Positions 35,262-45,172 of a stretch of DNA of 64,000 nucleotides are shown piece by piece. Below the pieces are notes generated by a model. It ran no database searches. It had not been told where the DNA came from and saw nothing but the letters and a program-made list of their open reading frames with translations. The translations under genes and the position numbers were made by a program. How positions within the stretch are numbered: position 1 is the first letter of the stretch; each line of letters opens with the position of its first letter. The DNA comes from an uncultured Hyphomicrobiales bacterium (GTDB taxonomy: Bacteria > Bacteroidota > Ignavibacteria > Kapaibacteriales > UBA2268), in the NCBI GenBank assembly GCA_964454975.1, contig CAYVVD010000007.1, positions 63,074-127,073 on the forward strand, written 5' to 3'.

Positions 35262-37490
35262 ATGAAATATTTATTTACAATTTTACTTACGCTTATCTAC
35301 CTTTCCACTGCATATTCTGCAGACCTGGTGTCCCCCCGTGGAGAAGCAGATATGCAAAAGGTTAAGGATATTCTTGAAAACGGATTAACGGCTAATCCGG
35401 ATGAAATTCCAATGCCGCAGGCAGGAGAGAAATACATCCTGTTTAACAATATGGATCCGGATTATGTTAACGTGTGCTATTACAACCCGGTAAATAACCT
35501 TACTGATTACAAGGGACAGGTGCTTTCTACATCGTTTTCGGATCAGACATTTGCTCAGTACAATATAACAGATTTTGACGTTGCTATCTTCCCAATGGGT
35601 TCCCTTCCCTTAAGCGCCGCAACCACCGGCGGTATCAAAATAATTGACAAAATCAACGAAATGATTGTTGCCGGTAAAGAAGTGATGATAATTGGCTGGC
35701 AGACATTGTCCTTGGAATTTGATGCTTCTTCCGGTGCCCAGGATGAGGGAGTTCGCAATTTGTTTGAAAACATTATGAATATAGATTACCAGGGATTGTT
35801 GCCCCAACATTACAGGGAAGGCAATACTGCATACCTCGATTCATTTCTGATTGTTGGTTCCAGGAATAATAATATTCCTGATTCTGTGTCACGTGGTTTG
35901 ACACTGCACTGCAATGGTGGGCTCGAGGGTTACGCTCCTCTTGCATATGCATTATGGACTGAAACATTCCAGGTTACCGATGAGCAATCAAAGGGTATTT
36001 TTCATTATGATTCACCTAATAATCCAAATCTCGCCGGAATGAGAATAAACCTGGGCGACGCAAGAATTTTACTGCTTACTTTTGGATTTGAGGTAATTTC
36101 AGGTACCTTAAAATACGAGTCCTTGATGGAAGGCTCAATGGACTGGTTGACCGCTCCTGACTATGAACCAGGGGCGCTTTTCGAATATTTGTCCCCGACT
36201 CGCATTGATATGGGAGTAGTTGATCCCGGTGCGTCAAAGGATGGTGAAGTTACTTTTGCGAATATTGGCGCCAAGCCAATGGAAATAAGCAACATTAGCT
36301 TCCTGTGGAACGAGGAAGGCGCATTCAGCATAACTGAAGGCGGTAATTTCCCACTTACTGTAGAACCGGGAGAAACTCACACAATCAAATTCAGATTTCA
36401 ACCGCCCGCAGAAAGTCCTTACACAGTATTCCTACTAATTGAGAACAACTCAGACAATATCACAGGTGCAGAGTTCAGGCTTGACGGTTCCGGTGGTAAA
36501 AAATTCGGTGCTCATTTTTCTACCAATATACCTGATAACATTATTGACTTTGGATATGTAGAGAAATTCTCAAGTAAAAAAGTTACTCTGCTAATCCAAA
36601 ACACAGGCATCAACGACCTCGAAATAAATTATTATGATTTCGACAGGGGGGATGATGAATCATTTGAAATTATTGTGAATGATTTCTTCCCGGTAACTGT
36701 CGGTGGTAATTCAACACACGAGATGGTTGTGCGCTTTGTACCTGTTGTAGAAGGTAAAACATATCGCGGAAGCATAGAATTTAATACAAATGCCAGCAAT
36801 GAAAATATCCACAGAATCGAACTTATTGGGAGGGAAGGAGAACCGCTGGAAGCTTTCCTTACAACTGATCTGGAAAATCAAAATATGATTGATTTTGGTA
36901 GGGCTGAAGTTAATGAAATGATTGAAGTCGAATTCAATATTGGCAATACTGGTTCTATACCCTTGCTTGTTAATGGAATTGAAGCATCAACAGTAGATGG
37001 TGATGTATTCGATGTTGAACATGAGTTTGAAACTCCAATCAACATACCAGTTGATTCAAATGTTACTGTTACAGCTACTTTCACACCGGATGAAGCTTCC
37101 ACACAGTATGGAGGTAAACTAACTATACATTCCAATGCTATAAACGGTAATGTTTATGAAATAACTCTAACAGGCGAAAGCGATGCTGCAAGTAGCGTAG
37201 AGCCCATAGGAAGAAGCAACGACGGTACATTAGTGCTGACAGCTTCACCCAATCCTGCACAGGACTATCTGCGTATAGAAGCAAGATTAAACGGAAACAT
37301 AAGCCGTAGTATTTCTATCAGGATGCTCGATATGAGCGGACGGGAAGTTCATGAGTTCTATAACGGTATATTGAATCCGGGCAGCAGGGATATTGAATTA
37401 AATACGGGAGCAGTTCCCTCGGGAATGTATTTCATCGTTGCCGATTATGGAAATGAAGCAGTAAAACTGCCTGTTATTATTAGCAAGTAA
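35262..37490 (+). CDS. T9SS cargo with three choice-of-anchor D (ASH) domains + CTD
   Basis: Three DFG.V...I.N.G...L modules; CTD SPNPAQD...SGMYFI; shares GDAR...GFE...M.WL segment with upstream gene. Confidence 0.82.
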   Translation: MKYLFTILLTLIYLSTAYSADLVSPRGEADMQKVKDILENGLTANPDEIPMPQAGEKYILFNNMDPDYVNVCYYNPVNNLTDYKGQVLSTSFSDQTFAQYNITDFDVAIFPMGSLPLSAATTGGIKIIDKINEMIVAGKEVMIIGWQTLSLEFDASSGAQDEGVRNLFENIMNIDYQGLLPQHYREGNTAYLDSFLIVGSRNNNIPDSVSRGLTLHCNGGLEGYAPLAYALWTETFQVTDEQSKGIFHYDSPNNPNLAGMRINLGDARILLLTFGFEVISGTLKYESLMEGSMDWLTAPDYEPGALFEYLSPTRIDMGVVDPGASKDGEVTFANIGAKPMEISNISFLWNEEGAFSITEGGNFPLTVEPGETHTIKFRFQPPAESPYTVFLLIENNSDNITGAEFRLDGSGGKKFGAHFSTNIPDNIIDFGYVEKFSSKKVTLLIQNTGINDLEINYYDFDRGDDESFEIIVNDFFPVTVGGNSTHEMVVRFVPVVEGKTYRGSIEFNTNASNENIHRIELIGREGEPLEAFLTTDLENQNMIDFGRAEVNEMIEVEFNIGNTGSIPLLVNGIEASTVDGDVFDVEHEFETPINIPVDSNVTVTATFTPDEASTQYGGKLTIHSNAINGNVYEITLTGESDAASSVEPIGRSNDGTLVLTASPNPAQDYLRIEARLNGNISRSISIRMLDMSGREVHEFYNGILNPGSRDIELNTGAVPSGMYFIVADYGNEAVKLPVIISK

Positions 37491-37504
37491 TTGTATTATT
37501 CTGA

Positions 37505-37528
37505 AGAGCCGCACGGCAGTGCGGCTCT
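37505..37528. repeat. Hairpin AGAGCCGCAC-GGCA-GTGCGGCTCT (same stem as 57896-57919)
   Basis: Perfect 10-bp stem right after the stop codon; terminator or REP-like. Confidence 0.65.
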
Positions 37529-37838
37529 ATGTTAATTATTAAACTCTCAAAATCATAGTATATTAATCAGGTGAAGCTATCCTGCAATAGCAGCTTTCTT
37601 CATTTGGTTATTTATAACCACCTGAATATACCTCGCCAAAGAAACTTCCTGTAATTTAACAACCGACAACTCTCTGTAGTATTCAAGCGAGCCTTTAACT
37701 TATTATAATTCAATACCTTAGAAATTCTCTGATTTGTTGGCACAAAAAGTTAAAGCATAAACATGGAATTAGCATTAATAAAATGCAATGGTTGTAAGTA
37801 TATATATATCAATAGTTTAGCCATGGGTATGGAAAACT

Positions 37839-37854
37839 TGGCACACTACTTGTA
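37839..37854 (+). promoter_or_regulatory. Possible sigma-54 -24/-12 site upstream of flagellins
   Basis: TGGCAC-ACTAC-TTGTA; correct spacing, but GT instead of the canonical GC at -12. Confidence 0.35.
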
Positions 37855-37941
37855 AAATAAGCTGTGAGTTAATTTCATCCCCCTGGTAAAGGGGAGGCAT
37901 TAAATTGAATAAGAATTCAGAATAACACACGGAGGTGAATA

Positions 37942-38877
37942 ATGCCTTTTGCAGTAGGCGGAAATGCCAGAATACGAACAAACATATCGGCTGAAAATGC
38001 CTACAATGCGCTTGATGTATCCAACCGTGATATATCGCTCAGGCAACTAAGGCTTTCGACGGGCAAGAGAATAAACAATGCCGCGGATGATGTTGCCGGT
38101 TATATTACTTCCAGGGCGCTCCAGGCAAGAAACGGTGCATTAAAAGCAGCTCTCAGAGCTGTCGGCGATGCCCAGAATTCATCCTATATCATCATGGACT
38201 CTCTTGATAATATAGGTACACTAATAAATGAAATTAAGGAAGCCACAGCAACCGCTGCATCGGGTGCAATGGGAACAGATGAGATGATTGCTCTTGCAAA
38301 AGCAGCCTACAGGATGGTAGAACAGATACAGACTGTAGTTGATTCAACGGTATTCGGCGGAAGGCAGCTTCTTGACGGTACTTTTTCAGCAGACTTTGTT
38401 ATTGCAACTGATGCGACAAACAACCTGCTGACATTGTCACTCGATATGACAACCGGAAATGCCGACTTTAATGTTGAAAACGGTGACTTTAATATTAATT
38501 CTTTGAATATTTCAAGTTTTGGTGGTATAACAGGACTCGACTTGAGGGAGTTCAACAATGTAAGCTCTACAAATCTGGGTATCTTTGCTGATACTATGAT
38601 GACAGTTACCCTCACGAGCCTTGCCGATGCTATACAGAACGTAAACAAAGTTGCCTCTTACGTTGGCGGTATTGTAAACAGGCTTACTTCGCAGGAAGAC
38701 CTTCTTAAGAGCCAGGTTACAAACTATAATTCGGCAATTTCGAGAATCGAAGATGCCGACGTTGCGATGGAACAGCTTCAGCTTGTTAAATCGCAGTTCC
38801 TGCAGAACGCTTCGCTGGTTTCGCTGGCACAGGCCAATCAGAACCCGCAGGCATTCTTGCAGCTGATACAGGGATAA
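37942..38877 (+). CDS. fliC: Flagellin (copy 1)
   Basis: RIRTN..A.NA, LRLSTGKRINNAADD.AG, FGGRQLLDG, SRIEDADVA.E, SL..AQANQ.P; GGAGG ribosome-binding site. Confidence 0.9.
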   Translation: MPFAVGGNARIRTNISAENAYNALDVSNRDISLRQLRLSTGKRINNAADDVAGYITSRALQARNGALKAALRAVGDAQNSSYIIMDSLDNIGTLINEIKEATATAASGAMGTDEMIALAKAAYRMVEQIQTVVDSTVFGGRQLLDGTFSADFVIATDATNNLLTLSLDMTTGNADFNVENGDFNINSLNISSFGGITGLDLREFNNVSSTNLGIFADTMMTVTLTSLADAIQNVNKVASYVGGIVNRLTSQEDLLKSQVTNYNSAISRIEDADVAMEQLQLVKSQFLQNASLVSLAQANQNPQAFLQLIQG

Positions 38878-38906
38878 TTTAGAATAATGATTGGAAAGAG
38901 GTTGCC

Positions 38907-39842
38907 ATGCCATTTGCAACAGGCGGATCATCAAGGATTAGGACTAATATACCGGCAGAAAATGCCTATAATTCTCTCGAAATATCATCAAGAGATATTT
39001 CTCTCAGGCAGTTAAGGCTTTCGACCGGCAAAAGAATAAACAGCGCTGCCGATGATGTGGCAGGATACATCACTGCCCGGGCGCTCCAGGCAAGGAACGG
39101 GGCTCTCAAAGCTGCGCTCAAAACAATAGGGGATGCCCAGAATGTGTCCAACATTTCACAGGATGCGCTCGCCAACATCAACGACCTTATTAACCTAATT
39201 AGAGAATCTACTGCCACCGCTGCATCCGGCGCAATGGGAACAGATGAAAAAGTAGCTCTTTCTAAAGCAGCCTACAGGATGGCTCAGCAGATACAAACGG
39301 TTGTTGATTCGACAGTTTTTGGCGGACAACAGCTTATGGATGGTAATTTTAGCGAGAATTTCTATATAGCAACAAATGCCCAGAACAGCCTTATTACACT
39401 AAGCATTGACCTAACTACCGACAATGCAGATTTTAATGTTGAAAGCAATAATTTTGATGTGCATTCCTTAGCTTCTTCAAATTTTGCCGGTGTTACAGGA
39501 TTGGATTTAACTGAGTTGAATGATATTAACGCAACTGACTTGGGTATATTTGCCAGTTCTGTTATAGGTATAACGCTTACCAGCCTTGCAGAAGCGCTTA
39601 ACAATGTTAATAAAGTAGCCTCATTCCTCGGTGGAATTTCAAACAGACTGGATTCGCAGGAAGACATTCTGAAGAGCCAAATAACAAATTATAACGCTGC
39701 AATCTCGAGGATTGAAGATGCCGATGTTGCGATTGAGCAGCTCAGCCTGATTAAATCTCAGTTCCTGCAACAGGCCTCACTTGTTTCGCTATCCCAGGCG
39801 AACCAGAATCCAAATGCATTCTTGCAGTTAATAAGCCAATAA
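38907..39842 (+). CDS. fliC: Flagellin (copy 2)
   Basis: Same terminal motifs; ungapped 311-aa alignment to copy 1, 227/311 identical by hand count. Confidence 0.9.
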   Translation: MPFATGGSSRIRTNIPAENAYNSLEISSRDISLRQLRLSTGKRINSAADDVAGYITARALQARNGALKAALKTIGDAQNVSNISQDALANINDLINLIRESTATAASGAMGTDEKVALSKAAYRMAQQIQTVVDSTVFGGQQLMDGNFSENFYIATNAQNSLITLSIDLTTDNADFNVESNNFDVHSLASSNFAGVTGLDLTELNDINATDLGIFASSVIGITLTSLAEALNNVNKVASFLGGISNRLDSQEDILKSQITNYNAAISRIEDADVAIEQLSLIKSQFLQQASLVSLSQANQNPNAFLQLISQ

Positions 39843-39861
39843 TTGACATATTATTTATATT

Positions 39862-39890
39862 AAAGGCGATCAAATGATCGCCTTTTTTTT
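39862..39890 (+). terminator. Rho-independent terminator after flagellin pair
   Basis: AAAGGCGATC-AAAT-GATCGCCTTTTTTTT. Confidence 0.9.
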
Positions 39891-39990
39891 GTTTATAGAG
39901 CAATTTAAAAAAAATAACGTAATTATAATTGCATATTCACTAATAATAATTTAAATTCAGAAGTGTATAGAAATATCTAAGAGGCAAAAA

Positions 39991-40701
39991 ATGAAATACT
40001 TCAAGCTGCTTATTGCCCTCATGTTGTTACTTTGCTTTAATAACAATGCCACATCAATTGGAATCAACACTGCAACATTTCCTGACGAAGAAGAAATCAT
40101 GGAAGAAATGATTGAAGAAGAAGAGATGATGGAAGAAGAAATCATTGAAGAGGAGGTGGTGGAAGAAGAGATTATGGAGAATGATCCTCAAAAGGAAAAA
40201 ATGAAAGCGTTCGAAGAAGACCTGATTGAAATTAAGGAAGAGATTCCGGAAGTTGAAAAGTATTACAGGGAAAAATACGAAGCTACTTACGATGCAGCTT
40301 TCGAAGATGTATGGAAAGCGCTCAAGACAGCCCTTGCTGAAGAAAACTGCATGATTATGATGGAAAAGTTTTCCCAGAACGAAGATGGATATTTTACAGG
40401 AGTGCTTCGATCTGATTTTTGCCTGAAAGCTGAAGGCTCCGACTCCACATACTCAATCATCAAGAGATACAGCAAAAAAGCTCCTTTTATAAGAGGTGCT
40501 ATCTGGGTAACACTTAGAATGCAGTATAAATTTTCTATCAAAGAACAGGACGACGGAATAGTTTACCTGCGGCTTGTGGGTGAATTAAGCGGCAGGGAAG
40601 ACCACGTTACTGAACAGGTACACTTCTGGGAATCCAATGGATACCTGGAGGTAATGATGCTCGAAAAACTTAATATGTTGATTAATCAACAAGGCGGATA
40701 A
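39991..40701 (+). CDS. Exported hypothetical protein with periodic acidic tract
   Basis: Signal peptide; EEEIMEEMIEEEEMMEEEIIEEEVVEEEIME tract; globular C-terminal domain. Confidence 0.7.
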   Translation: MKYFKLLIALMLLLCFNNNATSIGINTATFPDEEEIMEEMIEEEEMMEEEIIEEEVVEEEIMENDPQKEKMKAFEEDLIEIKEEIPEVEKYYREKYEATYDAAFEDVWKALKTALAEENCMIMMEKFSQNEDGYFTGVLRSDFCLKAEGSDSTYSIIKRYSKKAPFIRGAIWVTLRMQYKFSIKEQDDGIVYLRLVGELSGREDHVTEQVHFWESNGYLEVMMLEKLNMLINQQGG

Positions 40702-40721
40702 ACCCAATAATATATCCCTTA

Positions 40722-40751
40722 ATGAAACCCCGGCCCGAACCGGGGTTTCAT
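40722..40751 (+). terminator. Strong stem-loop terminator
   Basis: ATGAAACCCCGG-CCCGAA-CCGGGGTTTCAT perfect 12-bp stem. Confidence 0.8.
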
Positions 40752-40813
40752 TTGTTGCTCCACTTAGGCAAATTGATTCTACCACCTGCCGACTAAAAGA
40801 CTATTTCATATAT

Positions 40814-41593
40814 TTGCATTTACTCTTTTTTGCACATCAGATGATTAACAACAAAAAAACAGTCGTAGTGTTGCCGGCATATAACGCCGAGAAAACACTC
40901 GAAAAAACATACAGGGAAATACCTTTTGATATCGTTGATGAGGTTGTCCTTGTTGATGACGCGAGCAACGATAAAACTATAGAGCTTGCCAAAAAGCTCG
41001 GAATCAAGCACGCACTCAGGCACGAAGAGAATAAAGGTTACGGTGGCAACCAGAAAACATGCTATAACAAGGCTCTCGAACTCGGCGCGGACATAGTTAT
41101 AATGCTTCACCCGGATTACCAGTACACACCCCAGCTTGTCCCGTCAATGGCATACCTGATTGCAAATGATGTTTACCCTGTAGTACTTGGGAGCAGGATT
41201 CTTGGGAAAGGAGCGCTTACCGGTGGGATGCCAAAGTACAAGTACATCGCAAACCGCTTTCTTACTTTGTTCCAGAATGTTCTGATGAGCCAGAAGCTAT
41301 CTGAATATCATACAGGTTACAGGGCATTTTCTGCTGAAGTGCTAAAAAAAATTAACTACGAAACAAATTCAGATGATTTTGTTTTTGATAACCAGATGCT
41401 TGCCCAGATTTTCTGGGAAGGATTTGAAATTGCTGAAATAACCTGCCCGACTAAGTATTTCAAAGAGGCTTCTTCGATTAATTTCAAGAGGAGCGTCAAA
41501 TACGGCTTCGGAGTTTTAAATACTTCAATTCAGTACCGAATGAGTAAATGGGGGATTGCCAAACCTGATATATTTAGTTCAATAAAAAGCTGA
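40814..41593 (+). CDS. Glycosyltransferase family 2 (true start probably ATG 40841; TATATTTG -7 element at 40809-40816)
   Basis: VLPAYNAE, VDDAS.D, NKGYGG, MLHPDYQY, GSR, FVFDNQML. Confidence 0.93.
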   Translation: MHLLFFAHQMINNKKTVVVLPAYNAEKTLEKTYREIPFDIVDEVVLVDDASNDKTIELAKKLGIKHALRHEENKGYGGNQKTCYNKALELGADIVIMLHPDYQYTPQLVPSMAYLIANDVYPVVLGSRILGKGALTGGMPKYKYIANRFLTLFQNVLMSQKLSEYHTGYRAFSAEVLKKINYETNSDDFVFDNQMLAQIFWEGFEIAEITCPTKYFKEASSINFKRSVKYGFGVLNTSIQYRMSKWGIAKPDIFSSIKS

Positions 41594-41615
41594 TAATATG
41601 AAATTTATTGAATAA

Positions 41616-41644
41616 AATCCGGGATTTTAATTTCAGTCCGGATT
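41616..41644. terminator. Hairpin between converging GT2 and trkH
   Basis: AATCCGG...CCGGATT inverted repeat in the convergent spacer. Confidence 0.45.
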
Positions 41645-41717
41645 ATTGCGAGTGATACTTTTGGCTGTAATTTATAATCTCAGATACTGAAATTTGTCAA
41701 TTCCAACTACCGGATCA

Positions 41718-43166
41718 TTATTTTTTCCAATAAGTCGGCGAGAGAAGGATTATCACCGTGAATATTTCAAGCCTGCCTGCGAGCATCAGAAATGAGAGAT
41801 ACCATTTTACGATTTCCGGCATGAACCCGTAATTTTCAGTTGGGCCTACCATGCCTATCCCCGGCCCTATATTATTAATTGTTGCTACGACAGCGCCAAT
41901 GGATGTATTTAAATCAAGCCCGAATAAGGTAAATATCAATACAGAAAATGCAGCAATCATTATAAACACGATAAAAAAACCGGCAATATTAGCCATTGTT
42001 TGCCTGTCCACATCAATATTACCCAATCTTACAGGGACAACTGCATTGGGATGGATAAGCCTCTTAATTTCTGAGTACACAAATTGAACAAGGATAAACA
42101 CACGTAGTACTTTCATACCACCGCCGGTTGAACCTGCACAACCGCCAACAAACATAAGCAGTATTAAAATCACCTGGGAACTAAGAGGCCATTGCTCATA
42201 ATCAGCTGTTCCATAACCTGTGGTCGTGAGCAACGAAACAACCTGGAAGAGGGAATACCGGAGAGTATCAAAAACAGAATCGTAAGCCGAGCCAAAAATA
42301 TCTATAGATATTATAATAGTTGCAATGACAATAATCGATATAAAAAATTTAAATTCATCGTTCTTGTAGATGGAACTGAAATTCCCTTTGAGTATCCTAA
42401 AATGCAACGAAAAGTTTGTTCCGGCGATTATCATGAACACAATTATTATATAGTCAAAATATGCGCTGTTGAATGAAGCAACACTGGTATTTTTTGTAGA
42501 AAAACCGCCTGTAGCAAGAGTACCGAATGTGTGTGTAAGGCTGTCAAAAAGATTCATACCACCCAGCATCAGGAGGCCTGTTTCAGCTATAGTGAAAAGA
42601 AGGTAAACACCCCAGAGAATTTTTGCTGTTTCTGTTACACGCGGGCTTAGCTTGTCGGCAATCGGACCGGGTACTTCGGCTTTGAAAAGCTGCATGCCTC
42701 CGACACCCAGGAATGGAAGAATGGCAACTGAAAGTACGATAATTCCCATACCGCCGAGCCAATGGGTAAAACTTCGCCAAAAAAGGATTCCTTTGGGGAG
42801 TCCTTCTATATCGCTAAGTATCGAAGCGCCGGTAGTGGTAAAACCTGACATTGTTTCGAAAAATGCATCCGTGTAAGAAGGGATTGCACCTGATATTACA
42901 AACGGCAACGCTCCAAACAATGACAGTGACAGCCATCCTAATGTTACTACTGCAAATCCTTCCTTTGGCCTTAAATCCTCATTCTTTTTACGTCTAAAAA
43001 TTAAAAAAGCTAATGCTCCTGTTATAAAGCAAACTCCGGAGCTGATAAAAAACGCCGACTGGTCTCCGCTGTTGTAATAATATGAAAATGGAAGAGGAGT
43101 TAGAAGTGCCCATCCGAGAAAAAGGAGCAAAATACCTATTATCCTGAGTATGAGATTGTAATTCAT
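41718..43166 (-). CDS. trkH: Trk potassium uptake membrane subunit
   Basis: FFETMSGFTTTG, WRSFTHWLGGMG, TLATGGFS, GCAGSTGGG, NNIGPG, LAGRLE. Confidence 0.97.
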   Translation of the reverse strand: MNYNLILRIIGILLLFLGWALLTPLPFSYYYNSGDQSAFFISSGVCFITGALAFLIFRRKKNEDLRPKEGFAVVTLGWLSLSLFGALPFVISGAIPSYTDAFFETMSGFTTTGASILSDIEGLPKGILFWRSFTHWLGGMGIIVLSVAILPFLGVGGMQLFKAEVPGPIADKLSPRVTETAKILWGVYLLFTIAETGLLMLGGMNLFDSLTHTFGTLATGGFSTKNTSVASFNSAYFDYIIIVFMIIAGTNFSLHFRILKGNFSSIYKNDEFKFFISIIVIATIIISIDIFGSAYDSVFDTLRYSLFQVVSLLTTTGYGTADYEQWPLSSQVILILLMFVGGCAGSTGGGMKVLRVFILVQFVYSEIKRLIHPNAVVPVRLGNIDVDRQTMANIAGFFIVFIMIAAFSVLIFTLFGLDLNTSIGAVVATINNIGPGIGMVGPTENYGFMPEIVKWYLSFLMLAGRLEIFTVIILLSPTYWKK

Positions 43167-43170
43167 TCCA

Positions 43171-44520
43171 TCAGAAAAATTTTTCTACAGATGCTTTTGC
43201 TTTTGGGAGCGAAAATACGATCACCTTGTCAGCAGGTTCAATCATTGTTGTTCCTGTGGGGATCACAAGACTGTTGTCAGGCTTAATAATAGCCCCCAGG
43301 ATTGCATTTTGAGGAAATTTAAGTTCCATCACAGGTTTGCGGGTAATCCTCGACCCTTTAACGGCTATATATTCTGTAATCTCAGCATCAACTCCCGGCA
43401 ACTCGGCATAAAATGCCACCTGGCTGCTGCGGATAATCTTCTGCACTTCGTTAACAGTTATCTGCTCCTTGCTTACCACAGCATCCATACCAATCGTATG
43501 TGTTAAGGGCAGATACTCCTGCTTGCGGAGCAGTGTGATTGTGCGGGGGACGCGCATGTGCCTTGCAACAATGCTTGATATAATATTGGTTTCGTCATCG
43601 CCAGTTAAGGCAATAAACTCGTCCATATCCGGCAGGCCTTCAGAAACCAGCAAGTCAACATCCGAACCGTCTCCTTTAAGAACAAGAGATTTCCCAAGAT
43701 TGGATGCTAATTCGATTGATTTCTGTTCATTTTGTTCTATAATTTTGATATTAATCTCTTTTTCGAGTTCCTGTGCAACAAAACGCCCAATTTGTCCTCC
43801 ACCTATTATCATAATGTTTTCAACCCGGGTGTCCTTTTTGCCCAAGTATTCTAGAGCATCTGACATATATTCAGGGGAACTGATCATGAACATCTGGTCT
43901 CCACGGATGAACATGTCATCGCCACGCGGTATAATGGTAAACTGTCCGCGCTTGATTGCAATGATACGAATCGGGGGATTACCATACCTGGTGCCAAGTT
44001 CTTTGAGCGGAGTGTTCAATATTGGAGTTTCCCTGTCGAGTCTGATTCCCACTAATTGAATCTTTCCATCATGAAATTTCACTATATCCGTTGCGCTTGC
44101 CTGCCTGATAAGGCTTACAATGGAATTGGCTGCAAGCAACTCAGGTTGGATATAATAATTGGGAGCAAATTGAGTGTTCCTGAGGATGAAATCATTTGAG
44201 ATAAATTCGGAGTTTCGAACTCTCGCAATCGTTGTTTCAACACCATATTGTTTTGCAATTGCGCAGGTAAGGATATTACCCTCGTCATTGTTTGTCAGTG
44301 CCGCAATTACATCCATTTCCCGGATATTTGCTTCCTCAAGGGTTGATTGGCTAGTTCCTGAACCGGTGATAACATAAGCATCTATATGCTGTTTCACATA
44401 CCGGGCTTTTTCAGGGTCGGATTCTATGATCGTAATGTCGTATTGTTCCTCTGAGAGCCTTCGGGCAAGCTGGTAGCCTATTTCACCTGCTCCTGTAATC
44501 AGTATGTTCAGGTTCTTCAT
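43171..44520 (-). CDS. trkA: Trk potassium uptake RCK subunit
   Basis: Two RCK-N domains (ITGAGEIG; IIGGGQIG) plus RCK-C domains; -7 element TAAATTTG at 44541-44548. Confidence 0.96.
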   Translation of the reverse strand: MKNLNILITGAGEIGYQLARRLSEEQYDITIIESDPEKARYVKQHIDAYVITGSGTSQSTLEEANIREMDVIAALTNNDEGNILTCAIAKQYGVETTIARVRNSEFISNDFILRNTQFAPNYYIQPELLAANSIVSLIRQASATDIVKFHDGKIQLVGIRLDRETPILNTPLKELGTRYGNPPIRIIAIKRGQFTIIPRGDDMFIRGDQMFMISSPEYMSDALEYLGKKDTRVENIMIIGGGQIGRFVAQELEKEINIKIIEQNEQKSIELASNLGKSLVLKGDGSDVDLLVSEGLPDMDEFIALTGDDETNIISSIVARHMRVPRTITLLRKQEYLPLTHTIGMDAVVSKEQITVNEVQKIIRSSQVAFYAELPGVDAEITEYIAVKGSRITRKPVMELKFPQNAILGAIIKPDNSLVIPTGTTMIEPADKVIVFSLPKAKASVEKFF

Positions 44521-45172
44521 AAATTCAGATAAATTAAAATCAAATTTACAATTTTTATAATTGACTGAAACAATGCAATTAATTGAATAAAAAAAATGAT
44601 GTCGTAGTTTCTACTCTTCGCTGTCATTGTTATTACTTAATTGTGTCACAGTTTGTACTACATCAAAATGAATTCAAAGTGAATTTGAGGATAAAAAATT
44701 AGAATGTGAATTCATTAACTGCTAATAATTAAACAAAATTAAGCTGATTTTCTCTTAGAAATCGCATTTTAACAATAACGATTTTATTTAAATCGAGCAA
44801 AATAAAACCCTGAAACAATTGAACTTATCAGGAGTTTCAGAATATTATCTATTAAGTGCCAGAGATGTTAAAACTTCACAACGTGTTCATTTAGCTTATT
44901 CCTTGCAGAAGACGGCCAAAATTCTCCACAAAAAAAATGTTTGTATTTATATAACCGATACGATAAATTGTAAGGTACTAAATGAAAGAACGGAATTACC
45001 TGACAGGAAATTTACGCAATACAAGTGAAAAATGGGTGAGCGATTGTTTGGAATTGATTACGAAACTATCCATGAACCCTTGCAAATACGCAGGAATAAT
45101 GCCCAATACATTCAATCTTACATTTAAATCGAATTTGATTATTATTTATAAGCGCAATATGAGGGATTAATT

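Noticed and set aside
43469-44059. 196-aa plus-strand ORF
   Set aside because: Antisense shadow of trkA, Ser-rich composition typical of spurious frames.
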